This document shows positions 26,925 to 36,204 of a stretch of DNA of 64,000 bases, piece after piece. Position 1 is the first letter of the stretch, and each line of letters begins with the position of its first letter. This DNA is from an uncultured Eubacteriales bacterium (GTDB lineage Bacteria > Bacillota > Clostridia > Christensenellales > Aristaeellaceae). The position numbers and the translations under genes were made by a program. Location: NCBI GenBank assembly GCA_900548145.1, contig URJB01000005.1:14589-78588 (forward strand), in the 5' to 3' direction. The notes under the pieces are model-generated. The model was not told where the DNA came from and made no database searches. It was given only the letters and a program-made list of their open reading frames with translations.

Positions 26925-28897
26925 AATGGTGGATGGATAACCGGCTACGGATGGTACAGGCCAATCTTCGAGATATCGACATCTTCATGGATGTGGACAA
27001 AGCCGTGGAAGAATGGAAGTCCTTTTGCTGCAACACGGTGATGGTGGGGGCTTCGGGCATTACTTCGTTCTTTCCGACCGAACTGGAATGCGGCACGGAA
27101 AACCCTTTGCAGCATCGGGACCTGTTGGGAGAGATCGTAGAAAAATGCCACCGGGAAGGCATTCGTGTAATCGCCCGGTTCGATTTCAGCAAGACTCATA
27201 TCCGGCACTTTCAGGCACACCCGGACTGGTATTACCGCGATGGAGAAGGAAACGCCGTTTTCTATCACGACACCGTGCAGACCTGCATCAACGGTTCCTA
27301 TCAGCAGGAGTGCTCGCTGCAGCTGATTCAGGAGGTGCTGGATCGTTGCCCGGTAGACGGCATCTTTTTCAACATGTTCGGCTATACCACCCGAGATTAT
27401 TCCGGCGTTTACCACGGCATCTGCCAATGTGAAAACTGCCGCCGCCGTTTCAAGGAGGTGACGGGGCTCGTCCTTCCTAAACGGGAGGCGGCGGACGAGC
27501 CCGGCTTGGATCGTTACCGCCAGTTTCAAAGGGAAACCGTTCGGGAATTGCTGGACAAGATTCGTGCGGTAGTGGACGCCTGCGGACGAGACGTGGCGGT
27601 ATGTACCTATACGACTCATTCTGTGGACATGGTGCGCAATGAGTCCAATTCTGCTGTAGACCGTCCCCTCCCCTTCTGGCTGTACTCTGCCAGTGAAAAC
27701 TGCCAGCAGATCGTAGACGGCTATCCCGATAAGATCAGCAGCAACTGTGCCATTAACGCGGTGGATATTTTCTACCGTTTTCAGGGCGTTTCTCCTTGGC
27801 TGACTCAGGCCCGTCTCTATCAGAATATTGCCTCTGGCTCCGGGCTGGACTGGTGTCTGATTGGAGTATTTGAGGATTATCCTGACCGTTTGGGCTGGAA
27901 AGCCGCCCGGGAGGTATTTCGTTTTCACGCCCTACATGAGCAATACTATGGCCATTTTTTCTCTCTGGCCCGCATGGTGCTGATCCGTCCTGACGAAGGA
28001 GAAAACAGTCAAAAGGAATATCGCGGTCTTTACAGGATTTTCAAGGAACGTCACCTTCTGTTTGACGTACTGCCGCGGGAATGTCTGGAAGCTAATCCAG
28101 AGCGGCTGAATCCATATGAGTTGGCTATCTTTCCCGGTCTGCCGCGGCTGAGTGAAAACGTGCTCCGTTATCTGGAAAATGCCTCCCTGAAATTGGCTGC
28201 GACCGACGACTTTTTGAAAAAAATGCCGGAGGGTCTGCGCTGGCTGGAAAAACTGTTTGGCGTCCAGGAACTCCTTCCTGCCCCATCGATCCGTTCCTGG
28301 TATGCGGAAACGGAACCCAAAGTCGTGTTTCCGTCCTTTGTGGAAAGAGACTGGATCTTTCTGGATCAACCATTGCATTACCTGCGTACAGCGGAGGGCA
28401 ATCAGAACTGGCTGCCTCTTGTAGATCCTGCAGCCTACGGCCCGCCGGAGCGCTGTTTCGGTCATCGGAAAACGCTGTTCCCCGGCTTCACCGTGACGGC
28501 GGATGGGAAGCGTCTTTACGCTGCATTCTCCCCCGGCAGCCTGTATGAACGTTACGGCTATGAGGATCACAAACAGGTCTTTCTGGATGCCCTCTCTCCC
28601 ATGCTGCCATCTCCACCTGCGGAGATTGACGCGCCAGAGTGTGTGGAAACTTTCCTTCATGCGCTGCCTGACGGCCGATGGATTCTGCAATTCATCAACC
28701 ACAGCGGCTTCAACGGCTCCACCTTCTTTGCGCCCCGAACCGTGGAAGGCATCCGTATCAAACTACCCCAGACCCCCGACCAGATTCTGGAACTTACCCC
28801 AAGTGGCGAACAAACGCATTCGTTCCAAAAAGACTGGACACTGCAGCTAAACGGACTGTACCGAACCTTTGTCCTTCGCTTTCCGGCGTCTCACTGA
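26921..28897 (+). CDS. GHL6 / GH42-like TIM-barrel protein, paralogue 3
   Basis: MKWWMDNRLRMVQANLRDID start; TCING + CQCENC cluster. ATGA overlap with the preceding dehydrogenase. Confidence 0.8.
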   Translation: MKWWMDNRLRMVQANLRDIDIFMDVDKAVEEWKSFCCNTVMVGASGITSFFPTELECGTENPLQHRDLLGEIVEKCHREGIRVIARFDFSKTHIRHFQAHPDWYYRDGEGNAVFYHDTVQTCINGSYQQECSLQLIQEVLDRCPVDGIFFNMFGYTTRDYSGVYHGICQCENCRRRFKEVTGLVLPKREAADEPGLDRYRQFQRETVRELLDKIRAVVDACGRDVAVCTYTTHSVDMVRNESNSAVDRPLPFWLYSASENCQQIVDGYPDKISSNCAINAVDIFYRFQGVSPWLTQARLYQNIASGSGLDWCLIGVFEDYPDRLGWKAAREVFRFHALHEQYYGHFFSLARMVLIRPDEGENSQKEYRGLYRIFKERHLLFDVLPRECLEANPERLNPYELAIFPGLPRLSENVLRYLENASLKLAATDDFLKKMPEGLRWLEKLFGVQELLPAPSIRSWYAETEPKVVFPSFVERDWIFLDQPLHYLRTAEGNQNWLPLVDPAAYGPPERCFGHRKTLFPGFTVTADGKRLYAAFSPGSLYERYGYEDHKQVFLDALSPMLPSPPAEIDAPECVETFLHALPDGRWILQFINHSGFNGSTFFAPRTVEGIRIKLPQTPDQILELTPSGEQTHSFQKDWTLQLNGLYRTFVLRFPASH

Positions 28898-28903
28898 CCT
28901 TTT

Positions 28904-28938
28904 CCCCGCAAGCGTTTTTCCTTGCGGGGAAATCTTTT
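28904..28938 (+). terminator. Intrinsic terminator closing the sugar operon
   Basis: ccccgcaag-cgtttttc-cttgcgggg followed by aaatctttt. Confidence 0.7.
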
Positions 28939-28951
28939 CAAGGGGGAAATG

Positions 28952-29011
28952 AAAAAACGGCGGAGGTGCGCCTTGCCTACTGGCATGACGGCCTCCGCCG
29001 CTGTTTTATTT
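28952..29011. terminator. Bidirectional terminator (serves the minus-strand M20 operon)
   Basis: A6-cggcggagg...cctccgccg-ctgttttatttt. Confidence 0.7.
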
Positions 29012-29032
29012 TAGAAAATCAAATTCTACTTT

Positions 29033-30469
29033 TCAGCACCGCTTCATCACTTCGGCGAAGAAGCAGATGGTGTCCTTGAGCTGGGCCACGGGAATGCGCT
29101 CGTCGGCGTTGTGGATCAGTCCCCGCTGCTCCTTGGACATGGGCATGCCGCTGAAGCGGTACACATGCTCGCTGATGGGGCCGTAGTGGCGGCTGTCGCT
29201 GCCCGCCAGCATCAGATAGGGCGAGACCAGCACACCGGGATAGGCGGCGCTGATGGCGCTCTTCAACCGGTTCCACGGCTCATCGCCGGTCTGGGAGACC
29301 GTGCTGGGTTCGCCGCCGGAGACGAGCTTCACCTCGACGGACGGATCGTCCACGATGGTCTTCAGCCGGGCGATGGCCGCCTCGATGGTGTCCCCGCTGA
29401 TGAGCCGCAGGTTGATGCCCGCGTGAGCAGTGGAGGGCAGCACGTTAAAGGCTTTGGAGCCCTGAGCCATGGTCAGGGCACAGGTGGTGCGCACCAGCGC
29501 GTTCAGCTCGCCGCCAGACTTGCGGCACACCAGATCCAGCAGCGGCCCGAAGCACCACAGGTTGGCGAACAGCAGCTTGTAGCCAAAGCTGGATTCCCGA
29601 CCCAGAATATCGAACATCTCCCGGGCGGGAGGGGTCAGGGTAAAGGGCATGGCGTGATCCTGAATGCGGCTCAGCGCCCGGCCCAGAATGCCCAGCGCCT
29701 GACGGCTGGCCGGAGCGCTGGCATGACCGCCCTTGCCGGACGCGGTCATGTCCACGCTGACGGTCCCCTTTTCCGCCGTTCCGATCAGCGCCGCGCTCTT
29801 GCTGACGCCGGGGAATACCCCATCCACGATGGCGCCGCCCTCGTCCAGCACAAACTCCGGGTGAATGCCGCGCTTTTTCAGTTCTTCCACAATGGCAGGC
29901 GCGTCGCCGCCGAAAATTTCTTCATCGCCGCCAAAGGCGAAATACACGTCGTTTTCCGGCACGAAGCCCTGCCCAATCAGCATTTCAGCGGCTTCCATCA
30001 CGCCGTGCAGGGTTCCCTTGGTGTCCAGCGTGCCACGGCCCCAAAGCTCCCCGTCCTTCACCACCGCGCCGAAGGGCGGCTCCTGCCATTCGTTTTCGTT
30101 CACCGGCACCACGTCATAGTGCGCCATCAGTACGGAAGGCTTCGCACTGCTCTTGCCCTTCCAGTGGTACAGCATTCCCCGCCGGCCCAGTATTTCCCGG
30201 GGGCAGGTCTTTGTCACCGCCGGATAGGCTTCGGCCAGCAGTTTCTGAAAATCAGCAAACGTCTGCGGGTCTTCCAGCCTTTCATCCGGGTAGCTGACCG
30301 TTTTCAGCCGAATCATATCCTGAAAGCGTTCCAACGCCCGCTTTTCATCTACCGGGAAATTCTCCGCTTCCGTCTTTTCCATGGGATAGGGCTTGAATTG
30401 CAGGGCCCGAACCACGATCACTGCCAGCCAGAGCACCAGCAGCCCCAGAAGGAGCCATACCAGTGTCAT
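29033..30469 (-). CDS. M20-family metallopeptidase with N-terminal membrane anchor
   Basis: TM MTLVWLLLGLLVLWLAVIVV. M20 blocks LMAHYDVVP, WGRGTLDTKG, FGGDEE and a dimerisation domain. Confidence 0.88.
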   Translation of the reverse strand: MTLVWLLLGLLVLWLAVIVVRALQFKPYPMEKTEAENFPVDEKRALERFQDMIRLKTVSYPDERLEDPQTFADFQKLLAEAYPAVTKTCPREILGRRGMLYHWKGKSSAKPSVLMAHYDVVPVNENEWQEPPFGAVVKDGELWGRGTLDTKGTLHGVMEAAEMLIGQGFVPENDVYFAFGGDEEIFGGDAPAIVEELKKRGIHPEFVLDEGGAIVDGVFPGVSKSAALIGTAEKGTVSVDMTASGKGGHASAPASRQALGILGRALSRIQDHAMPFTLTPPAREMFDILGRESSFGYKLLFANLWCFGPLLDLVCRKSGGELNALVRTTCALTMAQGSKAFNVLPSTAHAGINLRLISGDTIEAAIARLKTIVDDPSVEVKLVSGGEPSTVSQTGDEPWNRLKSAISAAYPGVLVSPYLMLAGSDSRHYGPISEHVYRFSGMPMSKEQRGLIHNADERIPVAQLKDTICFFAEVMKRC

Positions 30470-31158
30470 TTGTTTCCACTCTCCTTTTCCGTTCCGATCA
30501 TGCCTTTCCGATACAGAAGCCGCGCCGCGCCGATGGCGATCAGCGCGCCCACGGGCACCAGTACGCTGACGCTGCTGCTCAGGCTGGGCACCAGCAGGAA
30601 CAGCACCACCATGAACAGCATGGGAGCCGCCGCGATCTTCGGGTTCTTGGATACGAACACCACGCCCAGCGCGCCGAACAGGGACGGCAAAATGTTGTCA
30701 AAGGCGGGCTTCAGCACCGGGGATTCCAGCACCGGCTCCAGCAGCCGCAGACCGAACACGCCGATGGCGATCACCACCACCGTCACAATAGAGCTGGACG
30801 CAATGGCGATGGTAGAGATCACCTCGCCCTCCTCCGTCCCGGCCTTGACCTTGGCCGCCTGCATGGCGTTCAGGGCACAGGGCACTTTCAGGTTGGTCAG
30901 GTTGCCCGTCACGAAGCCCAGATAGGTTCCGCCGGTGCCCAGCATGGGCACGTAGGTCAGCACCTCGATAATGCCCACCAGCCAGTACATGGGCGCTACG
31001 CCCAGCAGGGCCTTCAGCACCGCCGTCAGCGGCGGCCACGCATTGTAATACACGCAGATGGCCAGTGGAACGGCCAGCATCATCATAAGAAGCAGCGCCG
31101 TCCAGACGCGCCCGTAGGTATATTGTTTCTCTTCATAGGGAGACAGCTGCTTGTCCAT
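30466..31158 (-). CDS. Multi-pass membrane protein, function unknown
   Basis: 230 aa with about 6 hydrophobic segments, RBS gggaggg. Its stop overlaps the M20 ATG (ATGA). Confidence 0.75.
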   Translation of the reverse strand: MDKQLSPYEEKQYTYGRVWTALLLMMMLAVPLAICVYYNAWPPLTAVLKALLGVAPMYWLVGIIEVLTYVPMLGTGGTYLGFVTGNLTNLKVPCALNAMQAAKVKAGTEEGEVISTIAIASSSIVTVVVIAIGVFGLRLLEPVLESPVLKPAFDNILPSLFGALGVVFVSKNPKIAAAPMLFMVVLFLLVPSLSSSVSVLVPVGALIAIGAARLLYRKGMIGTEKESGNK

Positions 31159-31174
31159 TCTCTTTCCCTCCCTC

Positions 31175-31897
31175 TTAAGCCATCAGCGCCGTAATGGGAA
31201 TGCTCAGCGCCATCGCGCCCAACATGCACAGGGGCAGGGCGTACTGCTCCAGCCACGTCCATTTCAGCACCCGGATCAGAATGCCGCACACGCCCATCAG
31301 CAGCGCCGAGACCAGCGCCACCACGATGGGGATAAAGCCCGGCACGCCGTCCCGCACATTGGCGAACAGAAGCCCCAGAAACGCGGAGATCATCCCCAGA
31401 AACAGCGCGTCCATCAAGATCCCGCGCCACTTTTCATCCTTGCCGCCCAGGCTGTTCATGCCCTTCTGCAGCTTTTTCAGTCCGAACAGGATCAGGACGA
31501 TGCCCGCAATAATGCCCAGCGTCATCGTCCACGCGATCACTGCGAAGGTCTGGGCGCTGGTAATGGTTTCCGTCACCCCGGCACCGACGGCGTTGGCGGC
31601 GATGGTGGCTGCGGGCAGTTCGTAGGTCACAGCGCCCAGAATACTCAGCCGCAGCCACGGGAAGGGCAGGCCGAGAAAACGATTCAGCGTCAGTACGCCG
31701 ATCAGGATGGACACGGCCGGTGCCAGCGAGAACAATCCGCTGGACAGGATCGTCTTGCGAATAGTCCCCTTGGACAGTTTCAGCTCCCGGGCGCGCCGCA
31801 CGGCCTTCACTAGAAAGAAGACCGATTCCGCCAGCACCGCAGCGATCACGATGCCGGACAGCCAGAACAGAAACGGGTCATTAACGGAGAACGGCAT
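31175..31897 (-). CDS. Multi-pass membrane protein, function unknown
   Basis: 240 aa with about 6 hydrophobic segments, RBS ggaggtggga. 16 nt upstream of the next membrane gene. Confidence 0.75.
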   Translation of the reverse strand: MPFSVNDPFLFWLSGIVIAAVLAESVFFLVKAVRRARELKLSKGTIRKTILSSGLFSLAPAVSILIGVLTLNRFLGLPFPWLRLSILGAVTYELPAATIAANAVGAGVTETITSAQTFAVIAWTMTLGIIAGIVLILFGLKKLQKGMNSLGGKDEKWRGILMDALFLGMISAFLGLLFANVRDGVPGFIPIVVALVSALLMGVCGILIRVLKWTWLEQYALPLCMLGAMALSIPITALMA

Positions 31898-31978
31898 ATT
31901 CTCCCACCTCCCAGGATAAGTTCAGGATCAATACTTCCGCATTGTAGCATTCCTGCAAATCCGCGTCAATGGCGGGTT

Positions 31979-32701
31979 TCAGCGTTCAATGGTGTCGTCC
32001 TCGAAGCATTCCCGCATCAGCCCGGAGCGGCCCATCACTCTCCCCTGTCCTTCCAGGTGGGACGCGTCGCCCAGCCCGCAGCAGCGGAAGATGATCTTTC
32101 CCTTGGTCCTTTCCTCCGTTACCAGCGTCGTCACCGAAGCGGTGGGCATAAAGAACGCCTGCCACAGCACCGCCGGAGAGATCATCATCAGATGGGACAG
32201 AATCGCCATGCTGATGCCGAAATGGCAGAACAGGGCGATGGTTTTGTGATTGTTTTCGCCTGTATACAGGTTTCCCTGACGAATCAGCCCGTAGCGGGCC
32301 AACAGCTCGTCCACCCCGACGGCAGTCTCGTCGTAGACCTCCGCCACATCGCCGGTGCGAAGGAGCCCATCCTCCCGCCACTGGGTGGGATGCAGCAGCT
32401 TCTCCTGCGCCGTCCAGTACTGGGGCATCAGGTTCCACGGACAGCGGCGCTTGCCGGTGTACGGCTCGTCGAACCCGCCCCAGAACTCCCTCAACCACGG
32501 CAGTGTCTCTCCGGTGCGCCCCAGCGCTTTCAGCGTGACGCCGGCGGTGTCCTGCGCCCGTCCCAGCGGCGAAAGATAAAAGTCGTCAATAGCGGCCGAC
32601 TGCAGCCGCCGGGCCAGCAGTTCCGCCTCCACCCAGCCCTGCTCCGTCAGCGTGTCGTGCTTATAATCGGGGTCTCCGTGCCGGATCAGCAAAATTTTCA
32701 T
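31979..32701 (-). CDS. Histidine phosphatase (phosphoglycerate mutase) family protein
   Basis: MKILLIRHGDPDY gives the N-terminal RHG catalytic motif; a later FCHFG block supplies the second His. Confidence 0.85.
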   Translation of the reverse strand: MKILLIRHGDPDYKHDTLTEQGWVEAELLARRLQSAAIDDFYLSPLGRAQDTAGVTLKALGRTGETLPWLREFWGGFDEPYTGKRRCPWNLMPQYWTAQEKLLHPTQWREDGLLRTGDVAEVYDETAVGVDELLARYGLIRQGNLYTGENNHKTIALFCHFGISMAILSHLMMISPAVLWQAFFMPTASVTTLVTEERTKGKIIFRCCGLGDASHLEGQGRVMGRSGLMRECFEDDTIER

Positions 32702-32842
32702 TGTTCTTTCCCCTTTCCGCTACCTTGCATTTTTACCATTATATCACATTTTTCCCGCGCCACCAACTTTTTTCGCCCATGGAAAAACCCTCCTGCGAAC
32801 TTTTCCATCCGCAGGAGGGTCTCTTTCCTGATTTCTTTTCCG

Positions 32843-34180
32843 TCAGGCGTCGATGGAATCGTGGAACTGCATCGGCACCTTCCGTCCATACACCCGCATG
32901 GAGCGCATGGCCATGCCCGGCAGGCTCTTCAGGATGCGCACCCGGAAGGCGTAGCCCCGCATCTTGCCCAGCGGGATGATCCGCTTGTGGCCGATGCTCT
33001 GTCCCTGAGCCAGCGGCACCCAGCGATCCAGTCCGTCCTTGGTGCACCAGTAGGCGGGCCAGCGGGTTTCCACCACCCACTCCAGCACGTGCTGGCCTTC
33101 GGTCTGGTCCTCCATCAGCTCGATATATTCCGCGTCCACCGGGCCGTCGAACCAGACCTCCATCCGTTCGCCGTCCAGCAGCGTTTCCGTCATGCCCGCG
33201 TGAACGCCCAGCTCCCGGTTCACCAGCTCGCCCAGGCTGCGGAAGGAGTCCACCTGATCCTCACTGATCAGGCCGTCCGTGTCCGGGACGCAGCCGATAA
33301 GCAGGTTGGCGTTCCGGCCCACGCTGGTCAGGTACCGCTGGAACAGATATTCGCCGCTGTAGGTTTTGTCCGCGTCCATGGCATGATACATCCAGCCGCC
33401 CTTATAGGCGTACATCACGTCCCGCACCGGCATATCCACCTCCACGGGGGCCCAGACCGGATCCATGGGGTCGCCGGGAGAGTCGGGGGTCACGTTGTCC
33501 CGCTCCGGCTCCGTCTGATAGTGGGCGCAGGACCAGCACTCCGGCACGGCCACGCCCTGTTCGCTGCCGCTCCACCGCAGCACGTTCGTGATGCCCGGGC
33601 AGCCGCCGAAGCAGATCAGGTTGGGGGCGATTCGCTTCAGCAGGCCGGGAATATCCGGGCCGCCCTTTTCGGGCCGGAGAATGCCGCCGTCAAACCAGAT
33701 CTCAAACAGGGGGCCGTAGCCCGTGATCAGCTCCTCCAGCTGCCGCAGCAGCAGGTCGTTCAGTTTTTCCCGATCCAGCGTCCCGTCCTCCCGGGTGCAA
33801 AGGTCGCTCAGATAGCGTCCGCCCAGACTGTAATACAGGCCCGGCTTGATGCCGTACTTATGGCAGGACTGCACAAATTCCCCCACTACGTCCCGGGGAA
33901 CGGCGGAATTGCCCACATGATAATCATGCACCTTGGTGGGCCAGAGGCAGAAGCCCGTTCCGTGCTTGGCCGTCAGCAGAGCGTACCGCGCCCCTGCGGC
34001 TTTGGCCGTGCGCAGCCATTGATCCGTGTCCAGCTTTTTGGGATTCCAGCACTGGATATCCGGGATGGGGTCGCCGAATTTCCATTCCGGTGCAAAGACC
34101 TCCATATCAAAATGGAAAAAGACCCCCAGTTCGCTCTCGTGCCATTCCAGCATTTCCGCCGTCGGTTTTGCCAGCGTCAT
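32843..34180 (-). CDS. Alpha-L-fucosidase (GH29), cytoplasmic
   Basis: LGVFFHFD and ARYALLTAKHGTGFCLWPT blocks typical of GH29. No signal peptide. RBS aggagg. Confidence 0.85.
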   Translation of the reverse strand: MTLAKPTAEMLEWHESELGVFFHFDMEVFAPEWKFGDPIPDIQCWNPKKLDTDQWLRTAKAAGARYALLTAKHGTGFCLWPTKVHDYHVGNSAVPRDVVGEFVQSCHKYGIKPGLYYSLGGRYLSDLCTREDGTLDREKLNDLLLRQLEELITGYGPLFEIWFDGGILRPEKGGPDIPGLLKRIAPNLICFGGCPGITNVLRWSGSEQGVAVPECWSCAHYQTEPERDNVTPDSPGDPMDPVWAPVEVDMPVRDVMYAYKGGWMYHAMDADKTYSGEYLFQRYLTSVGRNANLLIGCVPDTDGLISEDQVDSFRSLGELVNRELGVHAGMTETLLDGERMEVWFDGPVDAEYIELMEDQTEGQHVLEWVVETRWPAYWCTKDGLDRWVPLAQGQSIGHKRIIPLGKMRGYAFRVRILKSLPGMAMRSMRVYGRKVPMQFHDSIDA

Positions 34181-34226
34181 CGTGTTTGTCCTCCTGTTTG
34201 CATTGGGATTCAGCTTCTCTTCTTCT

Positions 34227-34267
34227 AAAAATAGAAAGAAGCCCAGCCGAAAAAGTTCCGGCTAGGC
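34227..34267 (-). terminator. Intrinsic terminator after potD
   Basis: Minus strand reads gcctagccgg-aacttttt-cggctgggc followed by ttctttctattttt. Confidence 0.65.
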
Positions 34268-34282
34268 ATTCGATACGGATCG

Positions 34283-35332
34283 TCAATTTCCCTGTTTGGT
34301 GTTCAGCACTTCCTGCCAGAGAGTGTTGTACACCGTCAGCCAGGTCGCGTCCAGATCGTTGAAATATTCGCAGTTGGCTACAGTCTCGTCGGAGGGGTTC
34401 ATGACGGGATTGGAAGCGTAGTCCTCGCCCATCAGCTCGATGGCCGCGTCGTTGGGGCAGCAGTAGCCGATGGCTTCGCAGTTGCGCACGGCCACTTCAG
34501 GGCTGCACAGATAGTTGATGAACTTTTCGGCGTTCTCCTTGTTCTTGGCCGCCGCAGGGATCACTGCGCAGTCCACCCACACGTTGCTGCCCTCGTCCGG
34601 CACGGAGTAGGCCAGCTTGTCGTTGAGCTCGATGGCGTATTCCGCATCGCCGGAGTAGACCACCGCCAGCGCAGCCTCCCCGGCCACCATCTTATCCTTG
34701 AACTCGTCCAGACCGTAGGCCTTCACCATGCCGGACTGCTTCTGCTGGATCAGCAGGTCGGCGGCGGCGCGCAGCTGGGTGTAGTCGGCGGAGTTCATGC
34801 TGTAGCCCTGCAGCTTCAGCGCAAGGCCCATGGCGTCGCGGATGCTGTTCATCATCAGCACCTGTCCCTTGTACTTCTCGTTCCAGAGCACGTTCCAGGT
34901 CTTTACGTCCTCCGCGTCCACCATCTCGGTGTTGTACAGGATGCCGAGGGTGCCCCACTGATAGGGCACGGAATGGGCGTTGCCCTCGTCGTAGCTGGGG
35001 TTTTTCAGGCTTTCCTTGATGTTCTGGAAATTGGGAATGTTGTCATAGTTGATCTCGGCCAAAAGGCCCTTGTTGGCCAGACGCTCCACGCAGTATTCGG
35101 ACGGGAACACCACGTCGAAAGCGCCAGGATTGGCTTCCACCTGCACCAGCATGTCCTCGTTGGTGGTAAAGCGCATGTAGTTGACGTGAATGCCGGTTTC
35201 GGCTTCGAAGTCCTGCAGCACGGACTCGTCGATATAGTCTTCCCAGTTGAACACGTTCACCACTTCCTGCGCCAGAGCACAGGCGGGAAGCAGCAGGGCG
35301 ATACAGAGCAGAAAGGCAACCATTTTTTTCAT
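34283..35332 (-). CDS. potD: Spermidine/putrescine ABC transporter substrate-binding lipoprotein
   Basis: Lipobox LLLPAC. Colinear with my recollection of E. coli PotD (NWEDYID, VPYQWGT, VWVDCAVIPAAAKNKENA). Confidence 0.9.
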   Translation of the reverse strand: MKKMVAFLLCIALLLPACALAQEVVNVFNWEDYIDESVLQDFEAETGIHVNYMRFTTNEDMLVQVEANPGAFDVVFPSEYCVERLANKGLLAEINYDNIPNFQNIKESLKNPSYDEGNAHSVPYQWGTLGILYNTEMVDAEDVKTWNVLWNEKYKGQVLMMNSIRDAMGLALKLQGYSMNSADYTQLRAAADLLIQQKQSGMVKAYGLDEFKDKMVAGEAALAVVYSGDAEYAIELNDKLAYSVPDEGSNVWVDCAVIPAAAKNKENAEKFINYLCSPEVAVRNCEAIGYCCPNDAAIELMGEDYASNPVMNPSDETVANCEYFNDLDATWLTVYNTLWQEVLNTKQGN

Positions 35333-35433
35333 GTGGGATTCCTCCTATCATATTTTTTGACAGGGCAATCTCTGTCTAAGGAAAAGCCGTCCGGCCCTTC
35401 CTAAGCCATTGGGCGCGCCGCGCCCGGGGAGTT

Positions 35434-36204
35434 TTATGCCTTGGTCTCAGCGGTCCTGCGGTTGACGATCAACAGCAGAATCAGCAAAACCACGAACATC
35501 AGGGAGGAAAGGGCATAGTACACGGGGCTGATGCCCAGCTTGGTGGCCGAATAGATCAGCGTAGACAGATTCTGCACCAGCGGGCTGGTGGTGAAATAGC
35601 TGATGGTGAAATCGTCCAGCGACAGGGTGAAGGCCAGCAGCGCGCCGGTGACGATGCCCTGACGGCACTCGGGCACGATGACGTGGGTCAGCGCGTAGCC
35701 GGGCGTAGCGCCCAGATCCAGCGCCGCCTCGTAGGTGTGCTTGTTCATCTGCTTAAGCTTCGGCATGACGGACAGCACCACATAGGGCACGTCGAAGGTG
35801 ATATGGGCCAGCACCATGGTGATGTAGCCCCGGTCCACCTTGGCAAAGATGAACAGCAGCATCAGTGAGATACCGGTCACGATGTCCGGCATGGTGTTGG
35901 GCAAATTGGTGATGGTCATCATGATGGCCTGAGGCCGCTTCTTCATGCTGTAGATGCCGATGGCGGCCAGTGTGCCCAGCACCGTGGCGATCACCGTGGC
36001 GATCACCGCGATAGACACCGTCACCCACAGGGCGTTCATAATGGAGGCATTCTGGAACAGCTCGCCGTACCAGCGGAAGGAAAAGCCCTCCCACTTGGCC
36101 CGGCTCTTGCCCGCGTTGAAGGACTGGCAGATCAGCACCACGATGGGCACGTACAGGAACACCAGAATGATCCCCAGGTAAAACTTCTTGAAAAAGTTCT
36201 TCAT
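35434..36204 (-). CDS. potC: Spermidine/putrescine ABC transporter permease
   Basis: 256 aa, 6 TM, EAA-type loop EAALDLGATPGYALTHVIVP. Confidence 0.88.
   Translation of the reverse strand: MKNFFKKFYLGIILVFLYVPIVVLICQSFNAGKSRAKWEGFSFRWYGELFQNASIMNALWVTVSIAVIATVIATVLGTLAAIGIYSMKKRPQAIMMTITNLPNTMPDIVTGISLMLLFIFAKVDRGYITMVLAHITFDVPYVVLSVMPKLKQMNKHTYEAALDLGATPGYALTHVIVPECRQGIVTGALLAFTLSLDDFTISYFTTSPLVQNLSTLIYSATKLGISPVYYALSSLMFVVLLILLLIVNRRTAETKA

Noticed and set aside
29111-30925. 604-aa plus-strand ORF (and the similar 30463-31194 and 31151-31813 ORFs)
   Set aside because: Antisense to the M20 peptidase and membrane-protein genes. His/Gln/Arg/Gly-rich composition typical of shadow frames.
32057-34228. 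723-aa plus-strand ORF
   Set aside because: Antisense to the histidine phosphatase and GH29 genes, which have recognisable catalytic motifs and RBSs.
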